Assembly: GCA_020832005.1 (NCBI GenBank)
Contig: JAFIFN010000003.1
Coordinates: forward strand, 175 to 64,174
DNA from: Gammaproteobacteria bacterium
Lineage (GTDB): Bacteria > Pseudomonadota > Gammaproteobacteria > Steroidobacterales > PWYM01
DNA length: 64,000 nt
Direction: 5' to 3'
Part shown: positions 1 to 10,866 of the stretch, piece after piece
Layout: the number at the start of each line of letters is the position of its first letter
How positions within the stretch are numbered: the first letter of the stretch is position 1
Program-made: the position numbers and the translations under genes
The notes under the pieces: model-generated
What the model was told of the DNA's origin: nothing
Seen by the model: only the letters and a program-made list of their open reading frames with translations
The model's database searches: none

Positions 1-10
1 TGAATGGAGC

Positions 11-229
11 ATGGAAATGAGCAAGCAACGCGTCAACATAACCCTGAGTAATGAAGCTCTGGAAACGCTCAAGCAGATTGCTGAACAGCGGGGCGTGTCA
101 CTTTCCGAAGTGCTGCGGCAGTCGATCGGCCATGAGAAGTTCCTGTCGGACGAGATTCGTGCCGGCAACCGCGTGATTATCGAAAGCAAGGACTCGCGAG
201 ACCGACGTGAGCTCGTCATAGCCCAATGA
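11..229 (+). CDS. Ribbon-helix-helix (CopG/Arc/MetJ-type) small DNA-binding protein
   Basis: 72-aa ORF. The N-terminus RVNITLSNEALETLKQIAEQRGVSLSEVLRQSI has the strand-helix-helix pattern of RHH repressors/antitoxins. Its stop overlaps the next start (ATGA at 226-229). It lies in a visibly less GC-rich stretch (1-520). Confidence 0.55.
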   Translation: MEMSKQRVNITLSNEALETLKQIAEQRGVSLSEVLRQSIGHEKFLSDEIRAGNRVIIESKDSRDRRELVIAQ

Positions 230-519
230 CCAATCCTGCCGACGATTCGGAGATCTCCGTTGAGACTTTCGACGTTGGTTCCTACGCACCGGCCCAGGTG
301 CGACCGTCGATTCAGGATCGACAGGAAACCGCGCGCCTCTGGATCGCCGCCGGCCTGCTCCTATTGCTGGCTATCCTGATGCTCGCAACGTTCTGGGCGC
401 TGCTGTTCGGAAATCGAGATTGGGAATCCCTTAGAGATCCGGTGACCAACCTGCTGGGTTTGCTTGTTGGCCTAGTCGGAACTGTCGTGGGTTTCTATTT
501 TGGCGCCAAGTCAAAGTAG
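226..519 (+). CDS. Small membrane protein with two predicted TM helices, unknown function
   Basis: 97-aa ORF translationally coupled to the RHH gene. Two hydrophobic segments (LWIAAGLLLLLAILMLATFWALLF and LLGLLVGLVGTVVGFYF). I recognise no family. Confidence 0.45.
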   Translation: MTNPADDSEISVETFDVGSYAPAQVRPSIQDRQETARLWIAAGLLLLLAILMLATFWALLFGNRDWESLRDPVTNLLGLLVGLVGTVVGFYFGAKSK

Positions 520-622
520 CGGCTGGTTGGAATCCGTAAACAACTGACCCTGTCTATCCCCTCCCCAATGCCTGGAGACTGCCCCGGCAAACGCCTTGGA
601 CGCACCCCCGCCGACTGAGAGT

Positions 623-724
623 GGCAGGGCGTAGCCGCAGGCGGGACCGTCGCCCGCAGGGATGCGGGCGTCGAGCCTCCAGGGATGGATTCACGGCGTG
701 TCCCGACTGCGGCTACGCCCTGCC
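623..724. repeat. 18-bp perfect inverted repeat (GGCAGGGCGTAGCCGCAG / CTGCGGCTACGCCCTGCC) around a 66-nt GC-rich spacer; possible bidirectional terminator or structured RNA
   Basis: The arms at 623-640 and 707-724 are exact reverse complements. The spacer contains its own small hairpin (GCGGG-accgtcg-CCCGC). It sits between the convergent 226-519 (+) ORF and dapE (-). Confidence 0.6.
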
Positions 725-761
725 ACGCGCTCCCGTGGCACCAGCATCTGCCCCCGTACAC

Positions 762-1892
762 TCAGCCAGCAGTGAACATCCTTTCGAGAATCCCACCATA
801 AGTCTTTCTTAACAGAGCAATATCCTCAACCCGAACATGTTCGTCGATCTTATGAATACTGGCATTGATCGGCCCCAGCTCAATGACATCCACGCCATAC
901 GGCGCGATGAAACGGCCATCCGAAGTGCCCCCGCCGGTCGACAGTTCCGGCGTCACACCCAGGTGTTCGGTCACGGCCGCTGAGACCGCCTCGGTGAGCT
1001 TGCCCTCGCCCGTCAGGAACGGCTCGCCGGCCAGCCGCCACTCGATTTCGTAATCGATGCCAAGCTCTGCCAGCAGACGCTCGACATGCGCGCTCAGGGT
1101 CTTGTGCGTCCATTGTGTCGAGTAGCGGAAGTTGAAGCGGGCGCGCAGCGCACCGGGTACGACGTTGGGAGCGCCGATGCCGGTCTCGACCCACACGGTC
1201 TGGAAACTCGTCGGCGGAAAGAAGGCGTTGCCCTCGTCGAGGGGGTGCTCGGCAAGGTGTGCGACCAGGCGGGCGAAGTCGTGGATCGGATTGTGCACGA
1301 GCTCGGGATAGGCGACGTGGCCCTGGATGCCCTTGACGGTGATGATGCCCGAGAAGGACCCGCGGCGACCGATGCGCACAACGTCGCCGAGCTGGCGATG
1401 GCTGGAGGGTTCGCCGACCACGCACCAGTCGATCTTTTCACCGCGCGCATGCAGCGTCTCCATGACCCGCACCGTGCCGTCCTGGGCCGGGCCTTCCTCA
1501 TCGCTGGTGATCAGGAAGGCAATCGACCCGGCGGGGTCGGGGTGCTGTGCCAGGAAATCGCCCACGGCACCGACCATGGCCGCGAGGCTGGCCTTCATGT
1601 CTGCGGCGCCGCGGCCGTAGAGCAGGCCGTCGCGGATCTCCGGGGCGAAGGGATCCAGGCTCCACTGGTCGAGCGGGCCGGGGGGTACGCCATCCGTGTG
1701 TCCCGCGAAGCACAGCACCGGTCCGGCATCACCGCGCCGGGCCCAGAGGTTGTCGGTGTCACCGAAGCGCAGGTGCTCGATGGTGAAACCCAGGGGCTCG
1801 AGCAGCTCGGCGAGCAGCTGCTGGCAGCCGGCGTCCTCCGGGGTCACCGAGGGGCGGGAGATAAGTTCACGGGTCAGTTCCAGCGTATCCAT
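762..1892 (-). CDS. dapE: Succinyl-diaminopimelate desuccinylase (M20 peptidase)
   Basis: Translation from the internal Met reads MDTLELTRELISRPSVTPEDAGCQ..., giving ~376 aa as is typical for DapE. Contains GHTDGVPPG and ITSDEEG motifs. Neighbours dapD and dapC. The track ORF (to 1994) carries a 34-aa non-homologous upstream extension. Confidence 0.9.
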   Translation of the reverse strand: MDTLELTRELISRPSVTPEDAGCQQLLAELLEPLGFTIEHLRFGDTDNLWARRGDAGPVLCFAGHTDGVPPGPLDQWSLDPFAPEIRDGLLYGRGAADMKASLAAMVGAVGDFLAQHPDPAGSIAFLITSDEEGPAQDGTVRVMETLHARGEKIDWCVVGEPSSHRQLGDVVRIGRRGSFSGIITVKGIQGHVAYPELVHNPIHDFARLVAHLAEHPLDEGNAFFPPTSFQTVWVETGIGAPNVVPGALRARFNFRYSTQWTHKTLSAHVERLLAELGIDYEIEWRLAGEPFLTGEGKLTEAVSAAVTEHLGVTPELSTGGGTSDGRFIAPYGVDVIELGPINASIHKIDEHVRVEDIALLRKTYGGILERMFTAG

Positions 1893-1947
1893 GCCTGCGG
1901 TGTTGCATCCTTGTCTGTCGGGCGGGGCAGGTCCGGCCCCGGAGAGG

Positions 1948-2286
1948 TCAGTTGTCGGTGGCAAATGCCAGCCAGTCCTGCTCGCCACCACCACACATCA
2001 CCGCTGTGTCGCGTACCAGGATGGGTCGCTTCATCAGCTTCGGGTGCTCGGCGAGCAGTTCGACGGCCGCGCGTTGGCGGGCGCTGTCGTCGAGTTCACG
2101 CCAGCTGCGGCTGCGTCGGTTCACCAGCGCATCCTCGCCAACGCTGTCCAGCCACTCGCCAATGGTAGCCGCATCGGGCGGCTGCCTGCTGAGATCGACG
2201 AACACGTAGTCCACGCCGTGGCGCGTGAGCACGGCACGCGCCTTGCGGCAGCTGTCGCAGTTGTTGAGTCCGTAGAGCTTCATCAT
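1948..2286 (-). CDS. ArsC/Spx-family protein (YffB-like)
   Basis: MKLYGLNNCDSCRKARAVL... and ...LMKRPIL resemble the E. coli YffB/ArsC family (thioredoxin-like fold). The start is uncertain among 2298 (GTG), 2286 and 2283. Confidence 0.8.
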   Translation of the reverse strand: MMKLYGLNNCDSCRKARAVLTRHGVDYVFVDLSRQPPDAATIGEWLDSVGEDALVNRRSRSWRELDDSARQRAAVELLAEHPKLMKRPILVRDTAVMCGGGEQDWLAFATDN

Positions 2287-2311
2287 GATCTTGCGCACAG
2301 GTGCATCGCGT

Positions 2312-3136
2312 CTATTCGGCCAGGCGCAGCAGTTCGTTCAGGCTGGTCTTTGCCCGGGTCTTGGCATCCACGCGTTTGACGATGATCGCCGCATACAGCT
2401 GGCAGCGACCATCTGACGAGGGCAGCGTGCCCGGCACCACGACGCTGCCTGCGGGTACCCGGCCATACAGGACCTCGTCACGCTCGCGATCATAGATGCG
2501 CGTGCTCTGGCCGATGAACACGCCCATCGAGATCACCGAGCCTGCCTCGACGATGACCCCTTCGACGACCTCCGAGCGTGCGCCGATGAAGCAGCCGTCC
2601 TCGATGATGGTCGGGTTGGCCTGCAGGGGTTCGAGCACGCCGCCGATGCCGGCGCCGCCGGACAGGTGCACGTTCTTGCCGATCTGGGCGCAGCTGCCCA
2701 CCGTGGCCCAGGTGTCGATCATGGTGCCGGAATCGACATAGGCGCCGATGTTCACGTAGGAGGGCATCAGCACGACATCGCGGGCAACAAAGGCCCCGCG
2801 ACGCACCAGGGCATCGGGAACCACGCGCACGCCCTCGGCGCGGAAGCGGGCATCGTCATGTTCGGCGTACTTCAGCGGGACCTTGTCGAAGTACCGTGTG
2901 GCGCCACCCTGGATCGTGCGATTGTCGTGGGTGCGGAAATACAGCAGCACCGCCTTTTTCAGCCACTGGTGGACCTGCCACTGGCCATCGATCTTCTCGG
3001 CGACCCGCGCCGTGCCCGCATCCAGCGCGGCAATGGCTTCGCTGATCGCCGCTGCGACCTCGCCCGGCACGGCGCCGGGTTTGAACTGCGTGCGCTGTTC
3101 CCAGGCCGCCTCGATGGTGTGTTCCAGTGACTGCAT
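2312..3136 (-). CDS. dapD: Tetrahydrodipicolinate N-succinyltransferase
   Basis: From the Met at 3136, [15 protein letters not shown]...[23 protein letters not shown] closely parallels E. coli DapD. Hexapeptide repeats are present. ~274 aa. The track ORF to 3337 is an upstream extension. Confidence 0.92.
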   Translation of the reverse strand: MQSLEHTIEAAWEQRTQFKPGAVPGEVAAAISEAIAALDAGTARVAEKIDGQWQVHQWLKKAVLLYFRTHDNRTIQGGATRYFDKVPLKYAEHDDARFRAEGVRVVPDALVRRGAFVARDVVLMPSYVNIGAYVDSGTMIDTWATVGSCAQIGKNVHLSGGAGIGGVLEPLQANPTIIEDGCFIGARSEVVEGVIVEAGSVISMGVFIGQSTRIYDRERDEVLYGRVPAGSVVVPGTLPSSDGRCQLYAAIIVKRVDAKTRAKTSLNELLRLAE

Positions 3137-3156
3137 GTGATCCTCCATGATGTGAA

Positions 3157-4377
3157 CTAACGGGCAGTGCGATGTGCATGTCGCCGGCACCAGTCGGCAA
3201 TGCGCTCGGCGGCGGTGACGCAATCTTCCAGCGGGGCGACCAGCGACAGGCGCAGGCGACCGGCGCCCGGATTGCCATTGCCCGTATCGCGCGCCAGAAA
3301 ACTTCCCGGCAGCACAGTGAGATGACACTCGCTCCACAGGCTGGCGGCGACGGCGGCGTCATCACCGGACACCCGGGGCCACAGGTAAAATGCCGCACTC
3401 GGGCGCTCGACGTCCAGCCAGGGCGCAAGCATCGGCACGACGGCATCGAACTTGGCGCGATAGAGTGCGCGATTCGCAGCCACGTGGTCGTCGTCCTGCC
3501 AGGCCGCGATGCTGGCAAGCTGCGTGGCATTGGGCACGGCGCAGCCGTGATAGGTCCGGTACAGGGCGAACTCGCGCAGGATTGCTGCGTCCCCGGCGAC
3601 GAAGCCCGAGCGTAGACCCGGCACATTCGAGCGTTTCGACAGACTGTGGAAGACCACCACCCGGCGAAAGTCATGGCGGCCCTGTGCGGCACACACCTGC
3701 AGCAGCCCGGGCGGGGGTGCGGCCTCGTCGAGATAGATCTCCGCGTAGCACTCGTCGGCGGCGATGACGAAATCGTGTTCGTCGGCCAGGGCCAGCGCAT
3801 GCGCCAGGTAGTCGGTATCCATGACCGCGCCCGTCGGGTTGCCCGGCGAGCACAGGTAGAGTAGCTGCACGCGCTGCCAGGTGTCGGCGGACACGGCGGC
3901 CAGATCGGGCAGGTGTGCGTTGTCGGCCCGGCAGTCCAGGTACAGCGGCTGCGCGCCGGCCAGCAGCGCTGCGCCCTCGTAGATCTGGTAGAACGGGTTG
4001 GGCATCGCCACCAGCGCGCCGGGCTTTCGCTCGACCACGGCCTGGGCGAAGGCGAACAGGGCCTCGCGCGTGCCGTTGACCGGCAGCACCTGGGTGGCCG
4101 GATCCACGGCCCCGTCGGCAAGACCGAAGCGGCGTGCCAGCCAGTCGGCGGCGGCCTTGCGCAGGGCCTCCAGGCCGCGCGAGAGCGGATACTGGCCCAG
4201 GCCCGAGGGCTGGGCTGCGATCAGCGCCTCGATGAGAAACGCCGGCGGGGCGTGCTGTGGTTCGCCGATGGACATCGAGACATGCGCAAGCGTTGGATCG
4301 GGCGCGGGTGCGGCGGCCTTGAGCGCGCCGAGCCGTTCGAAGGGGTAGGGATGCAGGCGCGAGATGTCCGGGTTCAT
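3157..4377 (-). CDS. dapC: Class-I aminotransferase, probable succinyldiaminopimelate transaminase
   Basis: 406 aa. [16 protein letters not shown]..., [14 protein letters not shown] (PLP-lysine motif). Located between dapD and glnD, as dapC is in other proteobacteria. Confidence 0.75.
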   Translation of the reverse strand: MNPDISRLHPYPFERLGALKAAAPAPDPTLAHVSMSIGEPQHAPPAFLIEALIAAQPSGLGQYPLSRGLEALRKAAADWLARRFGLADGAVDPATQVLPVNGTREALFAFAQAVVERKPGALVAMPNPFYQIYEGAALLAGAQPLYLDCRADNAHLPDLAAVSADTWQRVQLLYLCSPGNPTGAVMDTDYLAHALALADEHDFVIAADECYAEIYLDEAAPPPGLLQVCAAQGRHDFRRVVVFHSLSKRSNVPGLRSGFVAGDAAILREFALYRTYHGCAVPNATQLASIAAWQDDDHVAANRALYRAKFDAVVPMLAPWLDVERPSAAFYLWPRVSGDDAAVAASLWSECHLTVLPGSFLARDTGNGNPGAGRLRLSLVAPLEDCVTAAERIADWCRRHAHRTAR

Positions 4378-7091
4378 GGCTGTGCGGCCACCGGGCCCTC
4401 GTCGCTGTCAGCGGGCCTGGCGCTGTCCTGGCCCTGGCTGAGCGCCTCGATGAGCGCGCCCTCGAGTTCCTTCTTCAGGCTTGCCGACAGGGCATGGCCT
4501 GCACGGTCGGTGATGTAGAAGACGTCTTCGGCGCGCTCGCCGACCGTGGTGATACGCGCATTGCGCACATCGACGCGAAAGCGCCGGAAGATCCGTCCAA
4601 CCCGATACAGCAGCCCAGGACGATCCGCGGCCACCAGTTCCAGCACCGTGCGCCCGGCGCGATCCTCGCTGAAGCGGATCTCCACCGGGGTGTTGAAGGC
4701 GCGGGTCTGCCGGGGCGGCCGGCGCGTGACGTGGATACGCGAGAGATCCTGCGCCTCCAGGCCGCGCTGCAGACGCCCGGCGACATCGTCGGTGAAGTCG
4801 TCGGCGACCGGCGTGCCATCGGCGCCCAGCACCGTGTAGGTGTCCAGGCTGTGACCGTCGCCGGTCGGCACGATTCGGGCGCCGACAATGTTCAGTGCGA
4901 GCTCATCGAGCACCGCGGTGACGCGCGCGAAACTGTCGAGCTCATAGGGTGAGTAGACCATGATGGCCGTGCCGCCGCTCAGCGGCTGGGCGCGCAGCGA
5001 GACCAGCGGCTTGTCGCTGGCGGTGTGGCTGCTGAGCACCTGGGTGTGCCAAGCGATCTCAGCGGGCTGATGGCGCAGGAAGTATTCGCGGGTGAAGCGT
5101 GCCCACACGGCCGTGACGGTGTCGGCATCGATGCCCGCCTGGCCGAGCAGCACGCGCGCCTGTTGCTGGGTTTCGTCCACCAGCTGCTCGACATCGATCG
5201 GATTTTCCAGGCCGCGCAGCAATGCCCGCCGGGTCTGTTCATAGAGTTCATGAAACAGGCTGGCCTTCCACGAGTTCCACAGTTTCGGGTTCGTCGCGCG
5301 CACGTCGCTGACGGTGAGCACATAGAGATAATCGAGGTGACTTTCATCGCCGACCAGGCGGGCGAATTCGCTGATCACCTCCGGGGCGCTGATGTCCTTT
5401 TTCTGCGCAGTCAGCGACAGCACCAGGTGATTGCGCACCAGCCAGGCCACCAGGCGCGCATCGTAGAGGCTCAGGCCGTGCTCCAGGCAGAAGGCCTCGG
5501 CATCCAGCGCGCCGAGTTCGGAATGATCCCCACCGCGGCCCTTGGCGATGTCGTGGAACAGGCCCGCCAGATAGGCGATCTCGGGCTTGGGCAGTGACTG
5601 CATGATGCGCGAGTGTTCGGGATGCAGCTCATCGAAGCGCGGCAGCGCCAGGCGCCGCAGGTTCTCGACCACGAACAGCGTATGCGCATCGACCGTGTAG
5701 ACGTGGAACAGGTCGAACTGCATGCGCCCGACGATGCGCCCGAAGGCCGGGATGTACAGGCCCAGCACGCCGTAGAGATTCATCCGCCGCAGCTGGCGAC
5801 TCACCCCCTGGGGTGCGCGCAGGATCTCCATGAACAGGCGGTGGTTACGCGGATTCTGGCGGAACTCCTCATCGATGAGCGTCAGGCTGCGCTTGATCAG
5901 GCCGATGGTATGCGCACTGACACCGCGGATCTCAGGGTTCTGTTCCAGGACAAGAAAGATCTCCATCAGCGCACACGGGTCGCGGTTGAAGACTTCCTGG
6001 TCGCGTACGCCCAGGTAGCCGTTGCGCACCTGGAAGCGTGCGTTGATGATCTCCGGCTGGGCGTTGGGGTCGAGCAGGATGGCCTCTTCGAAGAGCTGCA
6101 GCAGCATCTCGTTGATGCGCGATAGCTCCATCACCGTGCGATAGTAGCGCTGCATCATCTGCTCGACGGCCAGCGTGTAGCTGGCATCCTCGTAGCCCAG
6201 CAGCTTGGCCAGCCGCACCTGGTGGTCGAACAGCAGCCGGTCTTCACGCCGTCCGGTCAGCAGGTGCAGGCCCCAGCGGATCTTCCACAGGAAGGCCACA
6301 CCGCGGCGAACAATGCGCAGCTGCCCGCCGGTCAGGAAGCCCGCGGCGACCAGCTCGTCGAGTCTCTCCACGCCCAGGTGCCGGCGCGCGATCCAGCCGA
6401 TCACCTGGATGTCACGCAGTCCCCCGGGCGAGCCCTTGACGTTGGGTTCGAGGTTGTAGCCGGTGTCGTGGTAGCGCTGGTGGCGCAGCTGCTGTTCCTC
6501 GCGCTTGCCGCGGAAGAATTCGGCGCTGTCCCACATCCGTGCCGGCCCGGTGCGCTCGCGCATGTCCTCGACCAGCGCCTCGGGCCCGGCCAGCCGGCGC
6601 GCCTCCATCAGCGTCGTCACCACGGTCAGGTCGCGTGCCGCCTCGCTGGCGCACTGGGCGAGCGTGCGTACGCTGTGACCGACTTCCAGGCCGATATCCC
6701 ACAGAAAGGCCAGAAACCGGCTGAGCTCACCCTCGCGACCGTTGACGCCTTCATCGGGCAGCAGCACCAGCAGATCGATATCCGAGCCTGGGTGCAGCTC
6801 GCCGCGCCCGTAGCCGCCCACCGCGACGAGGGCAGCGCTGGCAGCCAGATCCCCGGCCTGCTGCGCCCAGGCGGCCACCAGCAGCGCATCGACAAGCGCT
6901 GCGCGCCCCGCCACCAGCGATTCGATCGGCACCCCGTCTCGGAAGGCCGCTTCCATACGCGCGCCTTCTTCGGCCAGCGCCTCGCGAAAGCGCCGCACGG
7001 TGGCCTGCGGGTCCTCATCGGCGACCGGGGGCAGCGACAGCCGGATTTGCCAGCCGCCAGGGGAGGTGTTGTCGACCAGCGGCGCGTTCAC
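4374..7091 (-). CDS. glnD: [Protein-PII] uridylyltransferase/uridylyl-removing enzyme
   Basis: 905 aa. Nucleotidyltransferase motif [19 protein letters not shown], an HD domain (LFHDIAKG) and C-terminal ACT-like repeats. Has an ATGA overlap with dapC. Confidence 0.92.
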   Translation of the reverse strand: MNAPLVDNTSPGGWQIRLSLPPVADEDPQATVRRFREALAEEGARMEAAFRDGVPIESLVAGRAALVDALLVAAWAQQAGDLAASAALVAVGGYGRGELHPGSDIDLLVLLPDEGVNGREGELSRFLAFLWDIGLEVGHSVRTLAQCASEAARDLTVVTTLMEARRLAGPEALVEDMRERTGPARMWDSAEFFRGKREEQQLRHQRYHDTGYNLEPNVKGSPGGLRDIQVIGWIARRHLGVERLDELVAAGFLTGGQLRIVRRGVAFLWKIRWGLHLLTGRREDRLLFDHQVRLAKLLGYEDASYTLAVEQMMQRYYRTVMELSRINEMLLQLFEEAILLDPNAQPEIINARFQVRNGYLGVRDQEVFNRDPCALMEIFLVLEQNPEIRGVSAHTIGLIKRSLTLIDEEFRQNPRNHRLFMEILRAPQGVSRQLRRMNLYGVLGLYIPAFGRIVGRMQFDLFHVYTVDAHTLFVVENLRRLALPRFDELHPEHSRIMQSLPKPEIAYLAGLFHDIAKGRGGDHSELGALDAEAFCLEHGLSLYDARLVAWLVRNHLVLSLTAQKKDISAPEVISEFARLVGDESHLDYLYVLTVSDVRATNPKLWNSWKASLFHELYEQTRRALLRGLENPIDVEQLVDETQQQARVLLGQAGIDADTVTAVWARFTREYFLRHQPAEIAWHTQVLSSHTASDKPLVSLRAQPLSGGTAIMVYSPYELDSFARVTAVLDELALNIVGARIVPTGDGHSLDTYTVLGADGTPVADDFTDDVAGRLQRGLEAQDLSRIHVTRRPPRQTRAFNTPVEIRFSEDRAGRTVLELVAADRPGLLYRVGRIFRRFRVDVRNARITTVGERAEDVFYITDRAGHALSASLKKELEGALIEALSQGQDSARPADSDEGPVAAQP

Positions 7092-7095
7092 GAAG

Positions 7096-7869
7096 CTAGA
7101 TCGCGCCGCTGGCGCCGAGCGTGAGCACTTCGACGCCGTCGTCGGTGACCAGCACCGTATGCTCCCACTGGGCCGAGAGCGAATGATCCTTGGTCACGAC
7201 GGTCCAGCCGTCGCGAAGCAGTTTCACGTGGCGGCGTCCGGCATTGACCATCGGCTCGATGGTGAAGGTCATGCCCGCCTGCAGTTCAAGCCCCGTGCCG
7301 GGCTGACCGTAGTGCAGGACCTGGGGGTCTTCATGGAAAACCCGGCCGATGCCATGGCCGCAGTACTCGCGTACCACCGAGCAGCGCTCGGCCTCGACGA
7401 AACTCTGGATGGCATGGCCGATGTCGCCCAGTTGCGCCCCGGGGCGCACGACGGCAATGCCCCGGCGCATGGCTTCGTGCGCAATTTCCGACACCCGCCG
7501 GCCGAGTACCGGGGGTTCGCCGACATAGAACATGCGGCTGGTATCGCCGTGGAAGCCGTCCTTGATGACCGTGATGTCGATATTGACGATATCGCCATCC
7601 TTGAGCCGCCGGTCGCCCGGAATGCCATGGCAGACCACGTGGTTGACCGAGGTGCAGATGGATTTCGGGAAGCCGCGGTAGTTCAGCGGCGCAGGCACGG
7701 CTTCCTGGGTGTTCACGATGTATTCGTGGCAGATGGCATCAAGTTCGGCGGTGGTGACGCCCGGGCGTACATGCTCGCCGACCATGTCCAGCACCTGCGC
7801 CGCCAGCCGGCCGGCCACGCGCATCGCGGCCTGTTCCTCGGCGGTCTTGACATGGATGCTGGCCTGCAT
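7096..7869 (-). CDS. map: Methionine aminopeptidase type I
   Basis: From the Met at 7869: [28 protein letters not shown]..., ~257 aa. Metal-ligand context DIVNIDITV...HGIG. In the conserved position divergent from rpsB. Confidence 0.92.
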   Translation of the reverse strand: MQASIHVKTAEEQAAMRVAGRLAAQVLDMVGEHVRPGVTTAELDAICHEYIVNTQEAVPAPLNYRGFPKSICTSVNHVVCHGIPGDRRLKDGDIVNIDITVIKDGFHGDTSRMFYVGEPPVLGRRVSEIAHEAMRRGIAVVRPGAQLGDIGHAIQSFVEAERCSVVREYCGHGIGRVFHEDPQVLHYGQPGTGLELQAGMTFTIEPMVNAGRRHVKLLRDGWTVVTKDHSLSAQWEHTVLVTDDGVEVLTLGASGAI

Positions 7870-7911
7870 GGTTGTGCCCCGGTACTTTGGCCGCTGTGCC
7901 CATCCAATGGA

Positions 7912-8067
7912 TTGTTGCGGCGAACCGGCTATGGTATAAAGCGCGCGCCAGCAAGGCAAACCACTATCCCACACACGGGCCGTCACATGTTGCCGGGTGC
8001 CCGAGGCGTTCGCGTTCTCAGGTTGCAGCATGGGGCTCGTGGAGGTTTAACCCCAGGAGTAACACCA
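7912..8067 (+). promoter_or_regulatory. Candidate rpsB promoter (TTGTTG-17 bp-TGgTATAAA) plus ~125-nt 5' leader
   Basis: -35-like hexamer at 7912-7917 and an extended -10 ending at 7940, followed by a long untranslated leader ending in GGAG...CAGGAG before the ATG at 8068. In enterobacteria the map-rpsB spacer encodes the structured rpsB leader (t44/tff RNA). I have not verified structural homology here. Confidence 0.3.
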
Positions 8068-9024
8068 ATGACTGACGTATCGATGCGCCAGATGCTCGAG
8101 GCGGGCGTGCACTTCGGGCACCAGACCCGTTACTGGAATCCGAAGATGTCACCCTTCATCTTCGGCGAGCGCAACAAGATCCATATCATCAACCTCGAGA
8201 GGAGCCTGCCGCTCTATCGCGAGGCCATGGCCGTGGTCAAGAAGATCGCCTCCGATGGCGGCACGCTGATGTTCGTCGGCACCAAGCGTTCGGCCCGCGA
8301 GGCCATCCGCGCCGAGGCCGAGCGCTGCGGCATGCCCTTTGTCAGCTATCGCTGGCTTGGCGGCATGCTGACCAACTTCAAGACCATCCGCCAGTCCATC
8401 CGTCGCCTGCAGGAACTCACGGAGATGCAGGAGAACGGCACCTTCGAACAGCTCACCAAGAAAGAAGTGCTGATGCGCCGCCGCGAGATGGACAAGCTCG
8501 AGCGCAGCCTCGGCGGCATCAAGGACATGGCCTCGTTACCCGACGCGCTGTTTGTCATCGACGTGGGTCATGAAGAGATTGCGCTGCGCGAAGCCGCCAA
8601 GCTCGGCATACCGGTGATCGCCGTGGTGGACACCAACTGCTCGCCGGATGGCGTGGATTACCCGATTCCGGGCAACGACGATGCCATGCGGGCGATTCAG
8701 CTCTACACCCGTGGCGTGTCGGACGCGGTGCTGGACGGCCGGGCTTCGGTGCCTGAGGTTGCGTCGAGCAACGACGAATTCGTCGAGCTCGACGAACAGG
8801 GCAAGCCGCGTGCCGACAATGGCCGTGGCAGGCGCCGCAAGGCCCCGGCGCGCAAGGCCGATGCCGCTGCGGGTGCCTCGCCACCGGCGGGTGGCGACAC
8901 TCCGGCGGGCGGCGATACACCGGCCGGCGAGCCCCAGGCCGCGGCCGAGTCGCCGGCCGGCGCTGCGAAAGCTGAGCAGGCGGCGGCCGATGTGGCCGCG
9001 CCGGACAGCACCAAGACGCAGTAA
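8068..9024 (+). CDS. rpsB: 30S ribosomal protein S2 with a ~85-aa low-complexity C-terminal extension
   Basis: [27 protein letters not shown]... is canonical S2. 318 aa versus ~240 typical. The tail is Ala/Pro/Gly-rich with a PAGGDT tandem repeat. The track ORF from 7000 is an upstream extension. Confidence 0.95.
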   Translation: MTDVSMRQMLEAGVHFGHQTRYWNPKMSPFIFGERNKIHIINLERSLPLYREAMAVVKKIASDGGTLMFVGTKRSAREAIRAEAERCGMPFVSYRWLGGMLTNFKTIRQSIRRLQELTEMQENGTFEQLTKKEVLMRRREMDKLERSLGGIKDMASLPDALFVIDVGHEEIALREAAKLGIPVIAVVDTNCSPDGVDYPIPGNDDAMRAIQLYTRGVSDAVLDGRASVPEVASSNDEFVELDEQGKPRADNGRGRRRKAPARKADAAAGASPPAGGDTPAGGDTPAGEPQAAAESPAGAAKAEQAAADVAAPDSTKTQ

Positions 9025-9126
9025 CCCTCGCGCAGGGCGGTGTGCGTTGTTCGCGCCGCCCTGCCACAAACCCGGCCAGCGCCCGCCAGTGGCGGCGCCC
9101 GGCCAAAGATTCGGAGACCCTATCTC

Positions 9127-9996
9127 ATGGCTATAACAGCAGCCGAGGTGAAAGCCCTGCGTGAACGCACCGGGGCCGGCATGATGGAATGCAAGAAAGC
9201 GCTGGTCGAGGCCGGCGGTGATATCGAGCTGGCCGTGGAGGTGCTGCGCAAGTCCGGTCAGGCCAAGGCCGACAAGAAGGCCGGGCGGGTGGCCGCCGAA
9301 GGGCGCATCGTCGTCGCCCAGGATGCCGCCGCCGCGGTGATCGCCGAGATCAACTGCGAGACCGACTTCGTCGCCAATGATTCGAATTTCACTGATTTTG
9401 CCGAACTGCTCGCCCGCACCGTACTGGCCGAGCGTCCCGCAGACGTCGCCGCCCTGATGGCCCTGGAGGTCGACGGCACACGCCTGGAGCAGGTGCGCAC
9501 CGACCTGGTGGCCAAGATCGGTGAGAATGTCAGTGTGCGGCGCTTTGCCGTGGTCTCTCCGCGAGGCGGACTTGCCAGCTACGTGCACGGCACCCGCATC
9601 GGCGTGCTCATCGACGTCGAGGGTGGCGACGAGGCCCTGGCCCGCGACCTGGCCATGCATGTGGCTGCCAGCAGCCCCGTGTGCGTCTCGGCCGACCAGG
9701 TCGACCCCGAGGTGCTCGCCAAGGAACGCGAGATCCTGCTCGATCAGGCGCGCCAGGAAGGCAAGCCCGAGGAGATCGTTGAGAAAATGGTCGAAGGCCG
9801 GGTCCGCAAGTACCTCGCCGAGATCACGCTGGTGGGTCAGCCCTTCGTCAAGGATCCCGATCTGAAGGTCGAAAAGCTGCTCAAGCAGGCTGGTGCTGCG
9901 GTCCACGGCTTCGTGCGCTATGAAGTCGGTGAAGGTATCGAGAAGAAGCAGGATAACTTCGTCGAGGAAGTGATGGCCCAGGTCCGGGGAGGCTGA
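9127..9996 (+). CDS. tsf: Elongation factor Ts
   Basis: [26 protein letters not shown]... is the canonical EF-Ts N-terminus. 289 aa. Confidence 0.95.
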   Translation: MAITAAEVKALRERTGAGMMECKKALVEAGGDIELAVEVLRKSGQAKADKKAGRVAAEGRIVVAQDAAAAVIAEINCETDFVANDSNFTDFAELLARTVLAERPADVAALMALEVDGTRLEQVRTDLVAKIGENVSVRRFAVVSPRGGLASYVHGTRIGVLIDVEGGDEALARDLAMHVAASSPVCVSADQVDPEVLAKEREILLDQARQEGKPEEIVEKMVEGRVRKYLAEITLVGQPFVKDPDLKVEKLLKQAGAAVHGFVRYEVGEGIEKKQDNFVEEVMAQVRGG

Positions 9997-10003
9997 GTCA
10001 CTT

Positions 10004-10031
10004 GATCCGGCAGTGCGCCACCTGCCGGATC
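10004..10031 (+). terminator. Perfect 10-bp stem-loop after tsf (GATCCGGCAG-tgcgccac-CTGCCGGATC), no U-tract
   Basis: Exact inverted repeat 8 nt after the tsf stop. It is followed by TAGAAT, a possible -10 for pyrH. The lack of a T-run makes terminator function uncertain. Confidence 0.35.
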
Positions 10032-10092
10032 GGCTAGAATGCGCCGAGCCTTGAAAAGCCAAGCCCAAGCCTGACGCCTGCAAGGGGAGTAT

Positions 10093-10815
10093 ATGAGCGA
10101 CGCGCCGCCGGTCTATCGCAGAGTCCTGCTCAAGCTCAGCGGTGAGGCGCTGCTGGGTAACATGGACTATGGCATTGATCCTGCCATGATCCAGCGGGTG
10201 GCCCGGGAAATCGCCGAGGTCCGCGAGCTGGGTGTGCAGATCGGCGTGGTGATCGGCGGTGGCAATATTTTCCGCGGCGCGGGCCTGGCCCAGGGTGGTA
10301 TGGATCGGGTCACCGGTGATCACATGGGCATGCTCGCCACGGTGATCAACTCGCTGGCACTGCAGGACGCGCTCGAGCGCATCGGTGTCTTCGCCCGCGT
10401 GATGTCGGCATTGAAGATTCACGAAGTCTGCGAAGACTACATCCGCAGGCGGGCGATCCGGCATCTTGAGAAAAACCGCGTGGTGATCTTTGCCGCGGGC
10501 ACCGGCAATCCTTTCTTCACCACCGACACAGCCGCAAGTCTGCGTGCCATCGAGATCAGCGCCGATGTGCTGATCAAGGCCACCAAGGTCAACGGTGTCT
10601 ACAGCAGCGACCCCATGCACAATGCCGATGCGCAGCATTATCCCGCGCTGTCGTTCGAGCGCGTGCTCGTGGAGAATCTGCAGGTCATGGATGCCACGGC
10701 CATCGTCATGTGCCGTGACAACAACCTGCCCCTGCGGGTATTCAATCTCAACAACCCTGGCGACCTGATGAAGATGATGCGCGGCGAGACCGTTGGCACG
10801 CAGGTCAGTAATTGA
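10093..10815 (+). CDS. pyrH: UMP kinase
   Basis: 240 aa. [13 protein letters not shown]...GGGNIFRG...; conserved tsf-pyrH-frr order. Confidence 0.95.
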   Translation: MSDAPPVYRRVLLKLSGEALLGNMDYGIDPAMIQRVAREIAEVRELGVQIGVVIGGGNIFRGAGLAQGGMDRVTGDHMGMLATVINSLALQDALERIGVFARVMSALKIHEVCEDYIRRRAIRHLEKNRVVIFAAGTGNPFFTTDTAASLRAIEISADVLIKATKVNGVYSSDPMHNADAQHYPALSFERVLVENLQVMDATAIVMCRDNNLPLRVFNLNNPGDLMKMMRGETVGTQVSN

Positions 10816-10866
10816 CAAGACACGCCTGCCCGGGCCGATGGGCAGAGCTTGGCGGAGAGCCCATAC

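Noticed and set aside
525-535. GGTTGGAATCC resembling a tRNA T-arm (possible tRNA 3' fragment or att site at the edge of the low-GC islet)
   Set aside because: The flanking bases do not form a T-stem or acceptor stem. No cloverleaf can be drawn, so the resemblance is too weak.
621-812. 63-aa ORF containing CPDCG (zinc-ribbon-like)
   Set aside because: It has only one CxxC pair, it spans the inverted repeat and overlaps the dapE 3' end. Its Arg/Pro/Ala-rich composition is typical of an off-frame product.
7000-8067. Upstream part of the 674-aa plus-strand ORF that ends as rpsB (with similar long N-terminal extensions on dapE, dapD, map, dxr, lpxA, the S9 peptidase and others)
   Set aside because: Homology to the known proteins begins at internal Met codons with plausible RBSs. 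The extensions overlap genes on the other strand and are stop-free only because of GC content.
8536-10818. 760-aa minus-strand ORF across rpsB, tsf and pyrH
   Set aside because: It is antisense to three canonical translation/nucleotide genes. It is a shadow ORF with no recognisable domains.
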